Shown here: in pieces, positions 58,381 through 64,000 of the stretch
How the letters are laid out: every line of letters starts with the position of its first letter
Numbering within the stretch: position 1 is the first letter of the stretch
NCBI RefSeq assembly: GCF_009914755.1
Contig: NC_060926.1
Source of the DNA: the human T2T-CHM13v2.0 reference genome, Homo sapiens
Length of the DNA: 64,000 nt
Strand: one strand, 5' to 3'
Translations under genes and position numbers: made by a program
Notes under the pieces: model-generated
Told to the model about the DNA's origin: nothing
Database searches by the model: none
Seen by the model: the letters and a program-made list of their open reading frames with translations, nothing else

Positions 58381-59299
58381 GGAGACTTGTTCAAGACCCC
58401 ACAGCAACACTCATTCCCCGGTATGGAAGACAGTGATGTTGACCAAGCTTTAGGTTTTGTTTTTTTTCTGTTAACAAGCATTTGTTAATTTCCACAGTAT
58501 ACTGAAGAAGTACGTTTGATAGTGGAAACACACTAGTGAATGTGTAATTAACTGTGGCAGAACAATTATTAAAACAAAAACCAAGGGGATATTGTATGAT
58601 GGTGAAATGAGAATAGAAAGAAGGGAGTATATATCTACATTTTGTTCTTCTATTCTCCCATCTCTTCTCTTATGGCCTGGGGGATGACCTCAAATTAAAT
58701 TAAAATGAAACAAACTGCCAGGCATGGTGGCCAGCTTCTATATTCCTGACTACTCCATAGGCTGAGGGAGGAGCATCCCTTGAGCCCAGGAGTCTGAGTT
58801 CAGCCTGGGGAACACAGTGAGACCCTATCTCCATTTTAAAAATTCGGTCTATCTCTCTATCCATATATATATATATAATAAAATAAATAATGAATAACTG
58901 CCATGACTTTATCACACACCCACACATTAGGCTTCTGTGCTAATACACTCTCCATACTCCCTGCATCCCAACAAACATAGGAAACTTTCTAAAAAAATGA
59001 AAAATGGATGAGGTTTAAAACAAGCTTCTAGAATTTAATTGGTTTTCACATCAACCTAAAATCCTAAAAAATGCAAACCATTAAATTAATGCTCCTATCT
59101 TTAACATCAAAGCTTTCAAATCTCTCTAATGCATTTTTAAATTTAATTATTGAAATACTTGTTACATTTCTATTATGTGCTAGACATTATATTAACTGAT
59201 TAAGTGTTATTATTTCCTGGAGTATAGTAGTAAATAAAAGTGACATTTCTTTAAGTTTTAGATTTTATACTATTATAAAAGAGAAGCACCAGTGGGCTT

Positions 59300-59680
59300 G
59301 TGTTACAGTGTGGTCTTTTAGCTTAGCTGTCCACAGCTGGCTTGTGTTAAGCAGCTCAGTTAGACCCTCTGCCTTTTTGCAAGGACAGAGGGCTTTCTGT
59401 ATCCTGGGGTTGTTGCCTGAGTGTACCAGAAAACTCGGATCATATGTGGGCTTGGAGAATGAGTGCAAGATTTATTGATTGGTGAAAGCAGCTTTCAGCA
59501 GATAAATGGTGTGCCAGAAGGGGGATGGAGTGGGAAGGTGGTGTTCCCCTGCAGTAAAACATCTCAGCAGCAGGGCTCACCTCCAAGGGCTCTCGGCTGA
59601 TTTCCATGTCGTTCTACCATTAATGGCTGCCAGCATCTGCTGGTGCCTGTCAGTGTGCTCTTCTTCTTTAGTGCCAGACT
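59300..59680 (-). mobile_element. ERV1-class LTR fragment
   Basis: tgttacag start and the LTR-type text gcaaggacagagggctttctgtatcctgggg. Confidence 0.55.
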
Positions 59681-60229
59681 TCTCTAGAGGCTTACAGGCT
59701 TCTAACCCTTTACAGTTTGTTTAATCTATTTTTCAGAACATCAACTGATTATATATATGTGTATGTGTGTGTATATATATGTGTGTGTGTATATGTATAT
59801 GTAAACAACAAATCATCAACACTTTCTCACTTCTAAAATACTTTCCCCTTCTCTCTCCTGCTGCTTCCCCTGGTGACTTTCCCACCATCCAGGAAACAAC
59901 AGTTTATCTTTCACCTATCCGGGATTTGGAGGTATAAAAAAAATCAGAAATTGAGATGCTTGTTTTCTTTCATTCTTTTTTTGTTTATTTATTTATGTAT
60001 TGGTGTTTGCTTCTTCTCCTTTTTTTTTCCAATACTTTCTTTGCATCTGTCCAGTAAAATCACTGAGTATGGCGACATAATAGATGACTACATAAGGTGG
60101 GGGAGCGAAAGTAGATCCAGGAAAAAGTAATATTAATATCTTGATCATGTATGCCTTCGCTTTAGTCGATCCTGTTTGATATTTCTGGAAACTGAAAGAA
60201 TACCTGCTAAAATCTAGGTACACACGCAC

Positions 60230-60252
60230 CTGTGTAATATGTCTCCAAACAT
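60230..60252 (-). pseudogene. TRIM49/51-family 23-nt mini-exon (MFGDILHR)
   Basis: Poly-T + acag acceptor, ATGTTTGGAGACATATTACACAG, donor GTGCGT; this is the exon that typically follows the 231-nt TRIM exon. Confidence 0.88.
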
Positions 60253-60955
60253 CTGTAAAAAAAAAAAAAAAATAGAAAGGGTTTGTGCTTTCTACAAGAT
60301 GATTCTTCCACTAAGTTCAGTGTGAGATCTGTAGGCAGTTTCTGAAAATATTATTTTCCTGCCATTTTCCCTTCTGGAAAGCATTTTATATTTCTTCTCT
60401 AATGAAAAACCTAGTCTATCATATTGTTATGAATTAATGTCCTAGTGAAGTCGGAGTCTTGAAGACATTCTTTACACAAGTGAAGGGAGAAAAGGCCCAG
60501 AGAGTCTATCTTCTGCAGTAACCATGAAGAACCTATCCAGTCATCTTCCCTAGGCCCTATTATAAAAGTGAGTGGATGAAAAATAATATTTAGATTCCCC
60601 AAACTCCCAGTCTTGCCACGTCTCCAAACAGACCTAATGTAAATGAATTGCTCACTATTTTATAAATGTTCAAAAAGCCAAATATATTATTGACTGTGGA
60701 TGGGGAATATTTATTAGGGCTGTTACCTTGACCATTCCACAAAGTTTTGTCGCTGGTGGATAAAGTAAGTGGGACCTTTTTTCTGGTAAAATCCCTGGGA
60801 GGGGCTATACTCTACCCACAAAGTAGCATGAGTTATGGAAATGTGTTTCTGGAAAGAAGTCGTGGAAATACAGGGAAGAAAGCATTTCAGGAAAGAGGAA
60901 GAACACCTGTGCACATGAATGTTCCACATCCTGATACCCCATGGTCAGTCAGTAC

Positions 60956-61186
60956 CTGGATTAGCTCCACATCTGGTTTATGGGACTTTTCCTTCAGCTC
61001 CTCATACATTCCTTTTAAAATCTCCCTCTCATGGGCCATTCTGGCATCGCTTTTATGGAGTTGCTAAAAATTGTCTTCGTCCTCCTTTTGAAGCATCTCC
61101 AAGTGATGTTGCTGTTCTTCATGGAGAAATGCAGGCATCTTCTGATATTCAGCTCTGATTGCTTCTATCTTTAAATTCACATAATC
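60956..61186 (-). pseudogene. TRIM49/TRIM51-family coiled-coil exon (231 nt) with in-frame TAG
   Basis: DYVNLKIEAIRAEYQKMPAFLHEEQQHHLEMLQKEDEDNF*QLHKSDARMAHEREILKGMYEELKEKSHKPDVELIQ; canonical 231-nt TRIM exon, AG/GT intact; TAG at 61064-66. Confidence 0.92.
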
Positions 61187-61842
61187 CTGCAGTAACAACG
61201 GGTTAGTCAAAAACAAAACCGACGTACTCATCTCCTATTGAATCTCACTGATTCCTCTTTGTCTCTTGAACATCCCATATTTTAACTCTTAGTCTTGCCA
61301 ATTCTCAGACTATACGAAATTTTACTCTGTTTTCTTTTCTGCATGAAGATCAACGAACATAGATGTATCTAACCAAATATATTCACTTTATTCGTGATAA
61401 AGTGTTTTTTCTAAGATAGTCATAAAGAAGAAAAACAAATTGGATTCCTCTTTTCCAACTCATATTTATAGAAAAGTAAGACAGTTCGGGCTTAATAGTT
61501 AGACTCTAGAGCTATATTGACTAGAAAGGGAATAATTATTTTCATTTCTGAAATTTGGGGCAAGTTATTTAAATTCATTATGTGTGAAATAGCCTCAGAC
61601 TAGCATGCTCAACTCAATGCATTTCACCAAGCAAAACCTATGCTAATAAGGCTTCATTTATGATCTGGCCTTCTTTGTCTCTCTAATCTCATTTCTTTCC
61701 ATTGTTTTTCATACTGACTTTAACATAAAACATAGACTTCTTTGTGGTTCCTCAGCCCTCAAAATAAACACAAACTCAATATTACTGCACATGTTGTTTT
61801 CTTCACCTAGAATTCTCTCTGCCTCTCTTTCTCTCTCTAAGC

Positions 61843-61844
61843 AT

Positions 61845-61889
<45 letters not shown>
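61843..61889. repeat. (CA)n microsatellite
   Basis: Read directly from the sequence. Confidence 0.95.
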
Positions 61890-63229
61890 TTGTGTTTGCC
61901 TTCCTCTTCAAGACGTTGTCTCAATATGAATTTTTCATTGAGGCATTTTCTGACCACCCTGTTTAAAACTCAAACTCTCGCCTCCAGTCCATGGCCTCTG
62001 TTCTCTTTTTCTAAGACCTTGGTATTTCAAATGAGCTAAGGATTTCTCATTTGAAATTGTCCAGTTGGAAGTCCTCTCTGACAGTTTCCCTTACTTGTGA
62101 TTCAGAAATCCATCCACAGTCTCCTTTTAAAAGTTACTTTTTGGATTTATAAAAAGTTGCATTCCACAAATGCACTTTTAACTCACCCCTCGATTTTTCT
62201 GGACCATCAAAGCATTGCTCATCTGCTGAGAATCACAGGTATCGAAAACCACCTTAGACAGAAAATTCTCCCTTATGCAGGCATTTTTCTGAACCTGGAC
62301 AACTGTTACTGTTTATTCACCTGGAAAATTTCCATTCATTCTTCAAGACTGAAGCAAACGATTTGATCTTTGATTCTATATGTCCAATAGATAGAGATTT
62401 GTGGCAGTTTCCATGTTGTACTGGGATTGTTGCTTTACTAGTGTGTCTGTTACTTCTACTAGATTGTGAGGTCTGGTTGAAAGAACTTCTCCTTTATTGT
62501 ATCTCTGCCTCCACTCTCATGGCCTGACCTGGATTTTACCATTATAGAAAACTGCTAATCACAAAGTCTGCAATCAGAAAGTCAAGAATCTTGCTTTATA
62601 ATCAATGTTTCCTTTCTTTTTAGATTGGTTTTTCTGTATATGAGTTTAAATCTGTCTGATTACCTTTGGATCACAGTTTATTACTCTCTGTGGTTCTTGC
62701 AATTTGGGGGCTTCATCTTTTTTAACACTTCTCTTACTTCAGATCTTCTAGTGCATAATTTCAAAAATTTAGCACAAAAGGTAAGAAAGCAGAGTGCAGT
62801 GGCTCATGCCTGTAATACCAGCCCATTGGGAGGCTGCAGTGGGACGTTTCATGATTCAAGAAGTTTGAGACCAGCCTGGTCAACATTGTGAAACCTCATC
62901 ATTACAGAAAAAAAAATTTACTCGGGTGTTGTGGCAAGCACCTGTAGTCCCAGCTACTGGGGAGGCTGAGGTGGGAGGATTGCTGGAGCACAGGGTGTTG
63001 AGGCTGCAGTTAGCTGGAATGCCCATTTCTGCATGCCAGCCTGGGTGACAGAGGAAGACCCTGTCTCAAAACAGACAGACAAACAAAAAAGTAACAATAC
63101 AAAATATCTTACTAACGTTTGTAATGTTAATCATGTCGAAAACTATTGGATATATTTGGTTAACAATTTTTATTAAAATTAATTTCAGTTGTTTCTTATT
63201 GTTTTATAACGTAACTAGAAAATGTATTC

Positions 63230-63590
63230 CCACTATGCAGCCATAAAAAATTATTGGATCATGTCTTTTGCAGGGACAGGGAAGGAGCTGGAGGCTATTA
63301 TCTTTAGCAAACTAACACAGGAACAGAAAACCAAATAGTGCGTGTTCTCACTTAAAAGTGGGAGCTAAATGATGAGAACATATGGACACATAGAGGGGAA
63401 CAACACACGCTGGGGCCTATAGGAGGGTTGGGGGTTAGAAGACAGAGAGGATCAGGAAAAATAACTAATGGGTGCTAGGCTTGAGACCTGGTTGATAAAA
63501 TAATCTATACAACAAATCCTGATGACACAAGATTACCCATTTAACAAACCTGCACATGTATTGCTATACTTAAAATAAAGGTTTAAAAAA
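63230..63590 (+). mobile_element. L1PA/PB 3' end
   Basis: atgcagccataaaaa...gcaaactaacacaggaacagaaaacc...aacctgcacatgta...taaaataaa. Confidence 0.8.
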
Positions 63591-64000
63591 GTATTTTCTT
63601 CTCTTCCTTTACAGTTTCTCTGCAAATGCATGAATTAAAGAAAAGCAATGAATATATTTTTCATGGGATAATATTCAAGATATATAGAAACAAAACTTCT
63701 GAGATTTAATTGAAACAATGTTAAGAAGAAAATGTATAGCATTATATTCATCTGTTATTTACCAATAAAGGTCTATCCCAAAGAGCCAGATAAACAAAAG
63801 TAAATTCATGCCAAAATCTAAAACAATAAAAAAATTGTAGAATATTGATTAAAAAGCATACAGTAGATAAAATCAATGAAGTCAAAAATAGGATTTTTTT
63901 TTTTTTTTTAATTTGAGACAGAATCTCACTCTGTCACCCAGGCTGGAGTGCAGTGGTGCGATCTCGGCTCCTTGCAACCTCTGCCACCCAGGTTCAAGTG

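Noticed and set aside
61190-64000. Search for the upstream TRIM 96-nt and RING/B-box exons
   Set aside because: None recognisable inside the window; cacaaagtctgca at ~62560 is too short a similarity.

Overview
Primate (human-like) genomic DNA, very rich in Alu, L1 and ERV repeats. Left half: the first six coding exons of FAM178B (SLF2/FAM178A paralogue) on the minus strand. They splice by canonical GT-AG sites into 887 nt of open frame beginning MWPRLPGAGLAPQLRRQDQRLHFTGQMSHG. A CpG-rich promoter lies at ~28.6-29.3 kb and the gene continues off the left edge. Intron 1 holds a U13 snoRNA retrocopy and a 198-nt in-frame cassette-exon candidate. Upstream of the promoter are a rearranged ERV1-class provirus with two LTRs (29.35-37.2 kb) and an RSL24D1 processed pseudogene fragmented by Alu/L1 insertions (40.4-44.3 kb). 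Near 47.8 kb the sequence switches to an AT-rich domain. That domain carries a highly diverged CREB1-alpha-like retrocopy (~51.0-51.8 kb), an LTR12 solo LTR and other LTRs, and a two-exon TRIM49/51-like pseudogene fragment (60.2-61.2 kb) on the FAM178B strand. Most ORFs in the supplied track are Alu artefacts. All identifications rest on manual translation and recalled family sequences, not database searches. Repeat boundaries and subfamilies are approximate.
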